Assembly: GCA_965199825.1 (NCBI GenBank)
Contig: OZ241329.1
Location: 2,208,001-2,272,000 of the forward strand
Source of the DNA: Bdellovibrionales bacterium
GTDB taxonomy: Bacteria; Bdellovibrionota; Bdellovibrionia; Bdellovibrionales; UBA1609
DNA length: 64,000 nt
Reading direction: 5' to 3'
Shown here piece after piece: positions 8,318 through 18,572 of the stretch. Under the pieces are notes generated by a model. That model was given only the letters and a program-made list of their open reading frames with translations. It made no database searches and was not told the DNA's origin. Every line of letters begins with the position of its first letter. The first letter of the stretch is position 1. The position numbers and the translations under genes are program-made.

Positions 8318-10750
8318 TTGATGCTCAATATTGTTTCTTTTAATATCTTGCGGGTCATTGCTGGATTAAGCGCTGTTGTTGTCGTGGGAATTACATTTCA
8401 AAATTGTTCGCAGTTTCATCAAGCTCAATTGAAGGCTGTGGCAGGGAGCAGTTACTGTAATGGCAACACAGCAGACAAAGCGTGCCTTTCGTCTCTTGAA
8501 CCCACTTGCATCTTTAATGGCGCACCTGTCGCAAACGGACAAGCTGTCACCGCATATTTTAGTTCGAGTGTTGTCGCTGGAAGCAGCTGTCAATCCCAGT
8601 CACGGATTTGTACCAATGGGACTTTGTCGGGAACATACTCTTACCCAACATGCGGAAGTGATGTTGCCGCAGCTTGCCTTTTTAACGGAAGTGCAGTCGC
8701 AAGTGGTTTTTCTGTTGATGCCTATTTAAATTCTACCGATCCAACCTGCCGATCAGAAAAACGAAACTGCGCGAATGGTGTTCTCTCGGGCTCTTTTTCT
8801 TACGCCACTTGTACAAGTTCATCATATAAATCATGTTTATTTAACGGACAAACGCTTGAACACGGCCAAAGTGTTTCGGCATTTGCAAATTCGCAAGTGG
8901 CTTTTGGACAAACATGCACACCGATCACTCGCACATGCTTCAATGGAGCGTTATCAGCAACTGGCGATTTTGGTTCATGCAGTGTCTCGCCCGTGGCTTC
9001 CTGCTTATTCAACGGGACAACAATTGTGAGTGGGTCGAGCACCACCGCTTATGCCAGCTCTTCGCTCCCTTTTGGACAAAGTTGTGTTGCTCAAACTCGA
9101 GTATGTGCAAATGGAATACTGAGTGGCTCTGGGGATTTCGCGAGCTGTTCAATCGATGCCCCTGTAGGGTGTTTGATCAACGGACAAACTGTAAATCATG
9201 GAAGTTCGATCACTCTTTATTTAAATTCTTCTGTGGGTTCTGGCGAAAACTGTCAGACACAATTAAGAACATGCTCAAACGGAACTCTTTCGGGAAATGC
9301 GACGGCTGCAACTTGCACACCCACCGCGGTTCTTTGTGGAGCGGATGTGGTCAACAATCCTAATGTGGATGCAACACCGTCTCTCCAAGCTTGCATCAAC
9401 ACATCAACGCCTCTGATTGAACTCGTACCGGGTCGATACTATTTAAATAGTCGACTTGTATTTTCAAATCGAACTGCAATGACGATTCGGACTCAGAATT
9501 TAAATGATGGACCTGCGTGCTTCACTTCAGGCGCTGCTCCATGTGCAATTTTAATCGCAAGCCAATCGCACAACGGGCCAACAATTTTTGATAGTTACAG
9601 TAGCAATAACCTCACCTTGAATCATATCGTGTTTGATGGGAACAATGCTGTTCGTCGAGCGATTCATCCGACCAACGATTGGCAAGAAGGCATTGCCTAC
9701 AACAGCCGAATCCACGACTGCGCAGGCTGCAATTTTATTGGATTGAGTTCTGTACGAGCACCACAGGGGACTGGTCTTGAATTCAGTGGGGACAATGCGA
9801 CGTTTGATCATTGTTTATTTCGCGATAATGGATGGGGACTTCCAAATGATCCAAGCACCGCATGGTCTGATGGATTGACCGTTCATTCCTCGTCGAACAT
9901 TCGTATTACAAATTCTATTTTTAAAGATAACTCTGATATCAATTTGATTTTGGGTAATGCGCCCGGTGCGGTGATTCAAAACAATTGGATTGGGAACACC
10001 TATAATTTTGCTTACGGCGCACTGATGCTCGACAATTTTGGCGGCTCAAAGCCCGGAAATTTTACCGGTGCTGTCATAAACAATAATACTATAGATTGTG
10101 GTCAAGGTTTTTGCGGTATTGGGATTAATATTGGGCCACAAATGTGGTATTCGGCTCCGCAGGTGATTGGCGGTGCGGTTTATTCCAACTCCGTTGTTGG
10201 CGCACGCCAAGGTATTTTAACAAACGGAGCTACTGGCTGGGACATCTACTCGAATACGGTCAATGTGCTTGGCATCTACACCGATGGCCATTACTCAACA
10301 AATTTTATTTCGTATTCGAACGGCGATTCGGTCAACATTCACGACAATAGCCAAGCGGCTCAGCTCAGTGGGCTTATGGGGATGTCGCCACAAAATTTGC
10401 CGCTCCTTTACTCGAACTTTAACGGCACAAGCGCTGCGGTTTCAAAAGCGTATCGCGAAGTCTTGGGCCGAGACCCCGATTTGAGTGGAGGTCCTGCGTA
10501 CACTAACGCCGTAGCAAGCGGACGATCAATCGATAGCGTCCGTACCGAGCTGGCCATCAGTGGTGAGAACGCGGCTAAAATAAATAGTATTTATTTACAT
10601 GTATTTGGTCGCTCTGTTGATGATGAGGGCCTGACCAACTGGCGTTATTATTTAATGAGTGGTGGGAGCGTTGACCAAATGTGGGTTCAATTTGAACTCT
10701 CTCCTGAAGGTCTCCAAAACTCAGACTCATTTAACGATCGTCAAAACTAG
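8318..10750 (+). CDS. Surface lipoprotein: five Cys-rich repeats, right-handed beta-helix, DUF4214-like C-terminus
   Basis: FQNC signal; C.FNG...G.S..AY..S...C....R.C.NG.LSG repeats; NIRITNSIFKDNSD beta-helix pattern; AYREVLGRDPD and YLHVFGRSVDDEG motifs. Confidence 0.75.
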   Translation: MMLNIVSFNILRVIAGLSAVVVVGITFQNCSQFHQAQLKAVAGSSYCNGNTADKACLSSLEPTCIFNGAPVANGQAVTAYFSSSVVAGSSCQSQSRICTNGTLSGTYSYPTCGSDVAAACLFNGSAVASGFSVDAYLNSTDPTCRSEKRNCANGVLSGSFSYATCTSSSYKSCLFNGQTLEHGQSVSAFANSQVAFGQTCTPITRTCFNGALSATGDFGSCSVSPVASCLFNGTTIVSGSSTTAYASSSLPFGQSCVAQTRVCANGILSGSGDFASCSIDAPVGCLINGQTVNHGSSITLYLNSSVGSGENCQTQLRTCSNGTLSGNATAATCTPTAVLCGADVVNNPNVDATPSLQACINTSTPLIELVPGRYYLNSRLVFSNRTAMTIRTQNLNDGPACFTSGAAPCAILIASQSHNGPTIFDSYSSNNLTLNHIVFDGNNAVRRAIHPTNDWQEGIAYNSRIHDCAGCNFIGLSSVRAPQGTGLEFSGDNATFDHCLFRDNGWGLPNDPSTAWSDGLTVHSSSNIRITNSIFKDNSDINLILGNAPGAVIQNNWIGNTYNFAYGALMLDNFGGSKPGNFTGAVINNNTIDCGQGFCGIGINIGPQMWYSAPQVIGGAVYSNSVVGARQGILTNGATGWDIYSNTVNVLGIYTDGHYSTNFISYSNGDSVNIHDNSQAAQLSGLMGMSPQNLPLLYSNFNGTSAAVSKAYREVLGRDPDLSGGPAYTNAVASGRSIDSVRTELAISGENAAKINSIYLHVFGRSVDDEGLTNWRYYLMSGGSVDQMWVQFELSPEGLQNSDSFNDRQN
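8507..9316 (+). repeat. Five tandem ~54-aa four-Cys coding repeats
   Basis: CIFNG, CLFNG, CLFNG, CLFNG, CLING units each containing R.C.NG.LS. Confidence 0.9.
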
Positions 10751-10760
10751 CGCTATTTTT

Positions 10761-11405
10761 TCAGGGCTCAGATAATAACAGGTCTTTAAGTCCAAAAAAA
10801 ATTTTGAGTGGTTCAGAAGATGTGGGGTCATTTAGCGATCTCTTGGCGAAAATGCGAATGATGTGAATTAAACCTTGCTGCTTGTAGCGCTTTGATGTCA
10901 GACGCCCTCTAAAACTTTCGTAGAAATCATCAAATGGAATCTCAACCGTTTGGCCGTATTCAGCAGACAACGCCGGCACTTTAAAATCGCACTCAAAAGT
11001 TAAGGCATCATCCATTGATTGAGCGATCACCAGTTGTGCGGTTAAAACTAAATCACCAGGTTCGATTTTGGTAAACCGAAGTACAAGACCAGCAAACGAC
11101 GGCGATGTCGGATGAGAGATTTTGTTTGAGTCGAATTCAACTCCGGTAAAGCCGACGTATTGGCCTTGATTTCGCTCCGATACAATCGCTCCTAATACTC
11201 CGTTAAACTGTATATCAATCTGCTGAAGTAGATCACTTCGCAAATCCGAAATGACGTGAGCACTTGATCGCGTGATCGGCTTGGCGTTTGGTCGTTGTTC
11301 AGAGTCTAAAAAGATCCGAATTCGTTCGGTGGTCATATTCATAGTGTGGCAGAATTCTGGTGAGGTGAATGCATAAAGCATCACTACGGCAATTAAATAA
11401 TTCAT
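10761..11405 (-). CDS. CIA30 (complex I intermediate-associated protein 30)-like domain protein
   Basis: FNG..VS....GF and TVEIPFDDFYESFRGR motifs. Confidence 0.55.
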   Translation of the reverse strand: MNYLIAVVMLYAFTSPEFCHTMNMTTERIRIFLDSEQRPNAKPITRSSAHVISDLRSDLLQQIDIQFNGVLGAIVSERNQGQYVGFTGVEFDSNKISHPTSPSFAGLVLRFTKIEPGDLVLTAQLVIAQSMDDALTFECDFKVPALSAEYGQTVEIPFDDFYESFRGRLTSKRYKQQGLIHIIRIFAKRSLNDPTSSEPLKIFFGLKDLLLSEP

Positions 11406-11659
11406 ACAATAAATATCCCAAACCCAAGGTTGGTATAATCAAAAGTTGTTTAAGTCGAAACTGATTCCTAAAGGGACTATCGCCCGCAACCAACCTGAGC
11501 ACGCAGAAATGCCATATATCTTTCAATACGGGAAGCGTGGCCTTTAGTTTGCTTTAGAACCCTTTTAATTATTTGAACATACATAAAGTGGCTTATCAGG
11601 ACTTGAGCAGCGTACGAAGGTAGACTGTTAAGGCACATTTTTTTATTAAGGGACTCAGG

Positions 11660-12646
11660 ATGACTGAACAAAACTCGTTATCATTATTTTTAGGCTTGAT
11701 CATATGTTTGGCAGTTGCGTTGGTACCGGCGCGATCCCATGCCCAATTTATCTCTAAGGTCACCGATCAAATCAAAGGTTCAGGTTTTTACGAGCCACTT
11801 CAATCGATTCCGTTGCCTCGGGCACTGGCCGATCGATCATTAAAAATTTCTGGGCAACGCGCGATGAGAATTTTAAAGGGAGAAGAGGTTGTCAATTCAG
11901 ATGATCGACTGTTGGTGGCGAATGCGACCATGTCCTACGCGATGGTAAGCAGTCCGCTCCTCGAACGCAGAGATTTTTATTTGTTACCACATGATGGGCC
12001 AAGTCGTTGGCAAACACAAAAAGATCTTGATCGAGCCATCGCAAGAACCGCTGGAAAAAAGAATCTAAATCTGAGTCAAATCTTAAATCAGTTCTTGATC
12101 GCAGTCAGCTTTGAGTCTTACTTACGAAACCAAGGTCTGCCTCAGGACAAAGAACGCCTTCATGTTCTAGCGTCCTATCTTTTAGCAATTGGTGCACTCA
12201 GTGAACAAAACGGCAACCACACTGAAGAACTGGTCTCTTTGCTTCTCGGCTTTAACCCAGTGGTCATCCGAGAGGCCTTAGAGGTTGTGATCGATCAAGG
12301 TCAAAATTTTGAAGTGATTGAGAAATATAATACACTGAACTTTATGGGATTACAGCATCCGGCGCCTTGGTCGATCGGATTAGCTGTAGGAACATTAACA
12401 ATGTTGGCGGATGCGATGGTAGACATTGTATCAGATGGATCTCTCTCCTCAACACTCCGCTCGCTTGGAATGAACGACTATATGACTCTGGCAACCCTTT
12501 TAATCGCTCTTCCTACAGCAGCGGGGATCCCAGCAAGCCAAACCTTTAAGACGATCTTTCAACAGCACTTAAAACCGAAATTAAATCCATATTCATTAAA
12601 AGGTTTCGAGCATATTTGTGAAAAACTGTTGAGTACTAGATCGTGA
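11660..12646 (+). CDS. Secreted hypothetical protein with two C-proximal hydrophobic helices
   Basis: Signal peptide ending SHA; ends HICEKLLSTRS. Confidence 0.7.
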   Translation: MTEQNSLSLFLGLIICLAVALVPARSHAQFISKVTDQIKGSGFYEPLQSIPLPRALADRSLKISGQRAMRILKGEEVVNSDDRLLVANATMSYAMVSSPLLERRDFYLLPHDGPSRWQTQKDLDRAIARTAGKKNLNLSQILNQFLIAVSFESYLRNQGLPQDKERLHVLASYLLAIGALSEQNGNHTEELVSLLLGFNPVVIREALEVVIDQGQNFEVIEKYNTLNFMGLQHPAPWSIGLAVGTLTMLADAMVDIVSDGSLSSTLRSLGMNDYMTLATLLIALPTAAGIPASQTFKTIFQQHLKPKLNPYSLKGFEHICEKLLSTRS

Positions 12647-12772
12647 ACGAAGGAACATCAGCCGGCCCTATGACAGCATTCCCATTATAAGTTGAATATC
12701 TTGAGTATTCGTTTATTTTGGGAAATCGATTTTTCAAGGCTGATAACGATTTTATTTTTGGAGAAAATATTT

Positions 12773-13159
12773 ATGATTAGAAAAATTTGTTTGGGAACTG
12801 CATGTTGCCTTTTGCTGTCGGCTCCCTCCACAACAAAATCTTTCGCCGAGTCTTTGGAGGAAAGTTTCAAAGAAGCTCAACTGACGGCTGAGTCTGCGGC
12901 CTATCATGAGTATCTTAACAAAATTAATAAAATCCTTTTAAACGCAATTGTGAAGAAGGCGGGTTCAGATGTCGTCGGAACTCCGGATATAAAAACGACG
13001 CTTCCTAAAGAAAGCTCTGGTCACTACGAAACCTATCAGGAGATTTACGCCGAAACTCAAAATAGAAACATCTGCAGAGCATTGACAGCGGTGAGTTCAA
13101 GTGTTGTGGGGAACTACCCTAAGGATGCCAATATTTTTGTCGACTGCTTTCCGAAGTGA
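12773..13159 (+). CDS. Small secreted hypothetical protein
   Basis: GGAG RBS before ATG 12773; signal peptide ending SFA. Confidence 0.65.
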   Translation: MIRKICLGTACCLLLSAPSTTKSFAESLEESFKEAQLTAESAAYHEYLNKINKILLNAIVKKAGSDVVGTPDIKTTLPKESSGHYETYQEIYAETQNRNICRALTAVSSSVVGNYPKDANIFVDCFPK

Positions 13160-13235
13160 AGGCGTCGCGGAAGGTGAATTTAAAATTTGTGGAGCTTTAT
13201 TGATTCGCAAACAAGCTTAGGGCTCCACAGCCCAT

Positions 13236-14420
13236 TCAAGCCGCTCGGGCCATTTTCACCATCAACGGCCCCTGCAACAAATATACACCAATCAAGATCG
13301 CCACACCCACAAGGCTTCCTCCAATATACCCGATCGCATAAAGATGATGAACCGAAGCAATACTTGCGATCAAGGCTCCGCCGCCGATGCCGATATTGTA
13401 GATGCCAGAAAATCCGGCCATCGCTACATCTTCGGCATCGGGTGCAAGTGATAGAACGAGATGCTGCAATACCAAATTATATAAAATAAATGCGAAACCC
13501 CAAATGGCCACTACAGTAAGAGTAAACAAATAAGATACGGACGCGAATCTAAGTCCAATCAAACACAGCGCGACCACAAGCGAGGACATCAGTGCTGTTT
13601 GTTTAAAATATTTCTTTAAAAAATGGGGAGCCACAAAACTTCCTAAACACCCTGCGACTCCCAACATCAGCAATACTGAGGCAATCAATTCTTTCTTGAA
13701 TCCACCGATCTCAGTTAAAAAGGGAGTAATCATCGAGTACACCGTGTAATCGCCAAGCATTGCGGTCACGGTCATCAGGTAAACTAAAACGAGGTTTTTT
13801 CTTTTCATTAGCGGGATAATGCTTTTGAAATTGCCTGAATTTAAACTGGGAGTCGACGGGATGATTTTAAAAAGCACGCCGGCAATCAGTGCAGCACAAA
13901 GTCCAATTGCACCAAAGGTCATCCGCCACCCAAACAGTTGTCCAAAATAAGTTCCAAGTGGAATACCAAGTACCGATCCCAAGGTTGCTCCCGTTACAAC
14001 CATTGTCATCGCCCGCTCGCGCGACTCTTTGGGTCCAAGTCGAATTCCTAATGGAATGGCGATCGCCCAAAAAATAGCATGGCATGAAGCGACCAAAAGA
14101 CGAGAAAGAATAAACAACTCAAAGGTCGAAGATAAACAGGTGAGTCCATGAGCCACAACAAAAATGCCGAGTAAGACCAGCATCAACGGCCGCCGATTAA
14201 ATTTTGAAACGTAGGCGGTGAGTGGCAATGCCAGCAGAGCCACAACCCAAGCATAAATGGTCATGGCAATCGCAGTCTCGGCGTCTGTGCGATGAAAGCT
14301 TTCGCCGATCTCATAAATCAGACCCACCGGAATAAACTCAGAGGTCACAAAAATAAAAGCCGAAAATCCAAGGCTCAGTGTTGCAAGCCAATCTTTTAAA
14401 ATAAATCTTTTTGAATTCAA
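13236..14420 (-). CDS. sotB: MFS sugar-efflux transporter, SotB/YdeA-like
   Basis: FIFVTSEFIPVGL, AMTIYAWVVA, SHAIFW-like CHAIFW, DVAMAGFSGIYNIGIGGGAL; start re-assigned to TTG 14420. Confidence 0.8.
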   Translation of the reverse strand: MNSKRFILKDWLATLSLGFSAFIFVTSEFIPVGLIYEIGESFHRTDAETAIAMTIYAWVVALLALPLTAYVSKFNRRPLMLVLLGIFVVAHGLTCLSSTFELFILSRLLVASCHAIFWAIAIPLGIRLGPKESRERAMTMVVTGATLGSVLGIPLGTYFGQLFGWRMTFGAIGLCAALIAGVLFKIIPSTPSLNSGNFKSIIPLMKRKNLVLVYLMTVTAMLGDYTVYSMITPFLTEIGGFKKELIASVLLMLGVAGCLGSFVAPHFLKKYFKQTALMSSLVVALCLIGLRFASVSYLFTLTVVAIWGFAFILYNLVLQHLVLSLAPDAEDVAMAGFSGIYNIGIGGGALIASIASVHHLYAIGYIGGSLVGVAILIGVYLLQGPLMVKMARAA

Positions 14421-14508
14421 ATGATGATCTCGTTTTTTAAAATTAAAAACCGAATGTGCCTCATTTGGCGGGGTACGGGTAGCAAAAGCTGAAGTGTTTG
14501 ACCAGCGA

Positions 14509-14988
14509 TTAGAGACGAGGAGTGCCGGTGGTTGCTGCTCGACCCCAACCGCCTTCATGCCATTTTTTTGCGCCAAGCTCCATATCAAACATTTTAAATA
14601 TCTCAACCGAGCACTTGTCGGGTTGGTATTTTGTAAGCCATTGGATTCGGCCCATGGGTTTTTTAAGATTTTTGAGATCTACAATTAAGGTTTGTGATTT
14701 TAAAATCTCGGCTTGTAAAGGACCAAGGGCGGGATCGCAAGCGCCGAGGATAAATTCAATTTTAAATTTAGGCACAATGGATTTTTGTCCATCATTGATA
14801 AAATCTAATTTCAAACCACAGGAATAAGTTGCGTTTGCTTTTTTAATTTTTAAAAATCCTGTGCCGACTGAATCTAAAATAAAAGTAGAGCTCCATTCGC
14901 GATTCGAAGCGTGGCATTTAAAAATTTCAGTATTTTGGGCAAAGCATTGAAATGAAAAAATAAAATAGAGGAAAATTAATTTTTTCAT
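14509..14988 (-). CDS. Secreted hypothetical protein, coupled to PAD gene
   Basis: Signal peptide ending CFA; start overlaps PAD stop. Confidence 0.75.
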   Translation of the reverse strand: MKKLIFLYFIFSFQCFAQNTEIFKCHASNREWSSTFILDSVGTGFLKIKKANATYSCGLKLDFINDGQKSIVPKFKIEFILGACDPALGPLQAEILKSQTLIVDLKNLKKPMGRIQWLTKYQPDKCSVEIFKMFDMELGAKKWHEGGWGRAATTGTPRL

Positions 14989-16526
14989 TTTTGCTCCTTT
15001 GGTTTACAAATATGAATGGTATGGGTTGAACAATGAAGGTTGCCTTCTCCTTCATGGGCATAATCGTAGGTGTCGACAAACTCGGCGTTTAAGCCCCTTT
15101 TTTGATACTCTTCAGTCATATATTTTTTAAAAACTGAATTAAATGGCTCAGGCGAAATGACTGTATCATTAATTGAAACTGCATTTGCTGGATTGGGCAA
15201 AATTGATCGACCAAGTCCCTCAGGAAGATCGTATCCTGCTTCGGTCTTGACCGGCAATCCGCCAAAAAAGAGATCAGGTGTTTCAATAATATCAACGGTG
15301 CATTGCGGATATTTCTGTTTTAATTTTGCTTCAACATCGTTTTTTAGTTTATCCATATTTTTTTGGATCAGATCGTTATAAATCCCTAAATTTGTTTTAG
15401 CTGTCAGCACTTGCAACACATCACTGTTCGTCACATTTGCACAATCGCCTGGATCAGGACTTTTGCTCGGTGCACTTAAAGCCCAAGCGGTTCCCAATGA
15501 AAAAGAGAGGAGTTGTGACGTTGATCGAGACGGCTCTTGAGGTGTTGTGCGTTCTTGATCCGGTAATTGATGTAGGGCTTTGAGACCTAAACACAATTTT
15601 CGCAAGCCCTGGTTTTCTTGAGTGCGACGATCAGAAATATCTTTTGAACCAGTTTTGCTCAATGCAGAGAAATCCAAAAATCGATCATTAGGATTTTTTT
15701 TTAATAAATCCACCGCTCTTTTTGGGCTTGCTAAGACGATTGAAAAATCACATGGTGGCGGGTTATTTTTATTTCTAACCGTTTTCATTATCTCATCTGT
15801 GTGACCCACCTCAAGCCAAGATGTGGGAACTTTGATTCTATTATTTGGATCTTTGCCACAAAATTGATCGGCATAGTTGGACCACTCTTTATCACTCTCA
15901 AAGTCATCGTCACCTAATGCACATATACCTGACGGCAAAGATTGAATATTACCACCCATCATGCCATTTTTTTTGGTTTCGCTCACTAAGTCGGGGCCTT
16001 TGGTAAAGCCACACTCTTGAGTTGCCGCAGAAACTTTACTAAAACTATCGCCCGATTTTTCATAATTTTTTACTGAGCGTAAGACAGGCTGACCCGTTTC
16101 AGGGTTAATAAAAGATTGAAAATAATCCTGCTGCCACGTGTAGCTCTTGGCAGGGATCTGAATCAACGAAGCAAGCCAAACTGTTTTTTGTTTATCGCTG
16201 ACCGGTAAAGATTGAATTCTGTCTTTTAGTTTTTTCATCGTATCATCTTTGACCGGCAACAAGATCACAGGAGTATTCGCGCCTGATCCTTTTAATACTT
16301 TTGTGACAAAATTAGTCGTAAACTCAGAATCGTGTCCGTTGTGTCCTGAGTCTGAAACGAGCACAGCTCCAACGGGATAGGTTTCTGGAATAATTGAACC
16401 TACAGGACAGGTGGGTGTGTCGGCTGGGCGATCTTTTAACCAACCGGGGCAGACACAAAAACCTCTGCGAGATAAACAAAAAATTAGAGCTAGTGCAAAT
16501 ATCTGAATCATTTTACTTTGAGCCAC
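14985..16526 (-). CDS. Secreted protein-arginine deiminase (eukaryote-type PAD family)
   Basis: WQQD, GGN, WLEVGHTDEI, GNLHCSTH correspond to PAD motifs WxQD, WLxVGHVDE, GEVHCGTN; N-terminal hydrophobic signal. Confidence 0.8.
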   Translation of the reverse strand: MAQSKMIQIFALALIFCLSRRGFCVCPGWLKDRPADTPTCPVGSIIPETYPVGAVLVSDSGHNGHDSEFTTNFVTKVLKGSGANTPVILLPVKDDTMKKLKDRIQSLPVSDKQKTVWLASLIQIPAKSYTWQQDYFQSFINPETGQPVLRSVKNYEKSGDSFSKVSAATQECGFTKGPDLVSETKKNGMMGGNIQSLPSGICALGDDDFESDKEWSNYADQFCGKDPNNRIKVPTSWLEVGHTDEIMKTVRNKNNPPPCDFSIVLASPKRAVDLLKKNPNDRFLDFSALSKTGSKDISDRRTQENQGLRKLCLGLKALHQLPDQERTTPQEPSRSTSQLLSFSLGTAWALSAPSKSPDPGDCANVTNSDVLQVLTAKTNLGIYNDLIQKNMDKLKNDVEAKLKQKYPQCTVDIIETPDLFFGGLPVKTEAGYDLPEGLGRSILPNPANAVSINDTVISPEPFNSVFKKYMTEEYQKRGLNAEFVDTYDYAHEGEGNLHCSTHTIHICKPKEQK

Positions 16527-16707
16527 TTAAAACCCCTTTCAATTCGACACATCAAACAGCAATTTTAAAGTCAGGCGTTGAGGTCAAGAAGCTCACATAT
16601 TGTGAAAGAGTTTTTGGGTGAATGCGATCTTATTTTCAAAAACTGTTAAATGCAGAAATTAAATATTTTGATCTTCAAATCTTGTTTTAAAGCGGGTAGG
16701 GAGACAT

Positions 16708-18372
16708 ATGAATATCACAATTTTTGTTTTCTTAACCGGGCTTGGATTTTTTATCGCGGGCTCGGTTTCTGCCGCTCCATTTCGTTCGACTCCCCAAGCC
16801 CAAGCTTTTGTCGAAGGACAAAGGATTTACCAAAAAGAATCATCGTCTTACGAGCTCGACTCAAAAACGCGTGCCGATCTTGAGACCGATCAACTTGTTG
16901 TTGGTCAGCTACAAAATTTTGCGCCTTCGCCAATGTCGGCACAGCGTATGTCCTATATGCTCACTCATCCCTTGATGGATGTTGCAGAAATTCAATCTCG
17001 CCAGGAAGCTATTCGATTTATTGCGGATCATGATGAGCTCTTTGAATTGATGACTCAACTTTTCGAAAGGCATCCTTACACTGCCCATTCTCATCAATCG
17101 GATTGGACCAATGCTCAAGGAACCCAGCAACTGTTTGATGCTTTAACTCTTTCGATGCCCACAGCAATGGTTGTTGCTGCCATATTCGCACTCGATAATG
17201 GACAGTGGATTCAGGCGCCGCCCGAAACTAATCGTTTACGAATGACCCTTGGCTCATTTGTACCACTGATCAATAGCATCATGCTCCCTGTGGCAAACAA
17301 AGGTTTTACCGATTTTATAATGGCCAAGGATCGTGCCGCTCAATTGTCACATCTTTATCAAAATAAAATACTCACACAAACCCAATGGGGCCGAGAAATT
17401 CTTGATCAATGTGCAGCTCACCAAAAATGTATCAATGGGATACGAGATTTGGGGCGCGGGATTCCAAGCAATAGCGCATTAAGAAGTCTTTTAACAATTT
17501 CCGGTGTGGGGGGTCTAACGTCTTTACCCCCTCGCATCTTTGGGATGTATCATCGGACCAGGGTGATGAAGCTCATGTCTGTCGCTATCGAACTTGAAAC
17601 TTTTTATGCTTTTGCCAAATACTATCGCTCCTACAGAACTTCGCTTGAATTTCCAAAACTCATTGAGCAAGACAAACCTAGTTTGATTATTGAAGAAGGA
17701 CATCACCCATATCTTCTTTTTAATCCCCAGCATCAGTCAGCGGCGAATTCGATTGAATTTTTAAATTTTAAAAAATCGATTGGAACTTCGACTTACATTT
17801 TAACCGGTCCAAATACAGGAGGAAAAACAACTTTTCTTCGTATGATTGGAAACTTAGGAATTATGGCTCAAGTGGGTCTGCCTGTGCCCGTAAAAGCGAT
17901 GGAGCTGACCCCACTTCAATATATCGCAAGCTTTGCAAGCGTTGGCGATACGGTAACTCAAGGCCACAGCACCTTTTTCGCTCAAGCAAAAAGTGTTGGG
18001 GATATTCAATCTCGAACTGCTCAACAACAGCCATCGTTGATTCTTACCGATGAGATTTTAACAGGGACCTCAAAGGCCGAACACAATGCCTTGGAGTGGG
18101 CTGTGCTTGAAGATTTTAATCAGTCGCCAAATGTCTTAACCTTACTTGCCACTCATGATCGCAGTTTGGTCGAGCTTGAAAAACAAATGTCTGGAGTTTC
18201 AAATATTCATGTCACCTTATCAGGTCACCGAGTGGAAGGTGGTGCATCGACCGATTACAATGCTTTTGTTACCGCCCAAAAAGCAGGAGTCAAAACACAA
18301 ACACTTGAGCGTGCTCAAGAACTGTTTGGTCAACGAAACCCAGGTTCAACCTGTTTGCCTCTGCTAAAATAA
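16708..18372 (+). CDS. MutS-related ATPase (domain V-type, no mismatch-binding domain) with N-terminal signal peptide
   Basis: EEGHHP, TGPNTGGKTTFLR, AQVG, GHSTFFAQ, LTDEILTGT, ATHD; signal ending VSA; GGGAG RBS. Confidence 0.85.
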   Translation: MNITIFVFLTGLGFFIAGSVSAAPFRSTPQAQAFVEGQRIYQKESSSYELDSKTRADLETDQLVVGQLQNFAPSPMSAQRMSYMLTHPLMDVAEIQSRQEAIRFIADHDELFELMTQLFERHPYTAHSHQSDWTNAQGTQQLFDALTLSMPTAMVVAAIFALDNGQWIQAPPETNRLRMTLGSFVPLINSIMLPVANKGFTDFIMAKDRAAQLSHLYQNKILTQTQWGREILDQCAAHQKCINGIRDLGRGIPSNSALRSLLTISGVGGLTSLPPRIFGMYHRTRVMKLMSVAIELETFYAFAKYYRSYRTSLEFPKLIEQDKPSLIIEEGHHPYLLFNPQHQSAANSIEFLNFKKSIGTSTYILTGPNTGGKTTFLRMIGNLGIMAQVGLPVPVKAMELTPLQYIASFASVGDTVTQGHSTFFAQAKSVGDIQSRTAQQQPSLILTDEILTGTSKAEHNALEWAVLEDFNQSPNVLTLLATHDRSLVELEKQMSGVSNIHVTLSGHRVEGGASTDYNAFVTAQKAGVKTQTLERAQELFGQRNPGSTCLPLLK

Positions 18373-18572
18373 TTTTGGTCTTCAAATTAAAAAACCTTTG
18401 AAGCCAAAAGAGAATCTGTATCACTCAAGACGGGATGGACATCAAAAACCAAACCTGTACGCACACAAATCCAAACAGACTCATCCTATTTTTCCAATCG
18501 CGAACGAAGGTATAAAAGAAGTATTTTATTTTTTAACAGACAATAGTCAAAAAAAAGTGCTACAGGGTTTGA

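Noticed and set aside
14421..14606. N-terminal extension of the MFS transporter in the ORF track
   Set aside because: Overlaps the upstream 159-aa gene; family similarity begins near TTG 14420
16708..18372. Canonical mutS or mutS2
   Set aside because: Too short; lacks the mismatch-recognition and Smr domains
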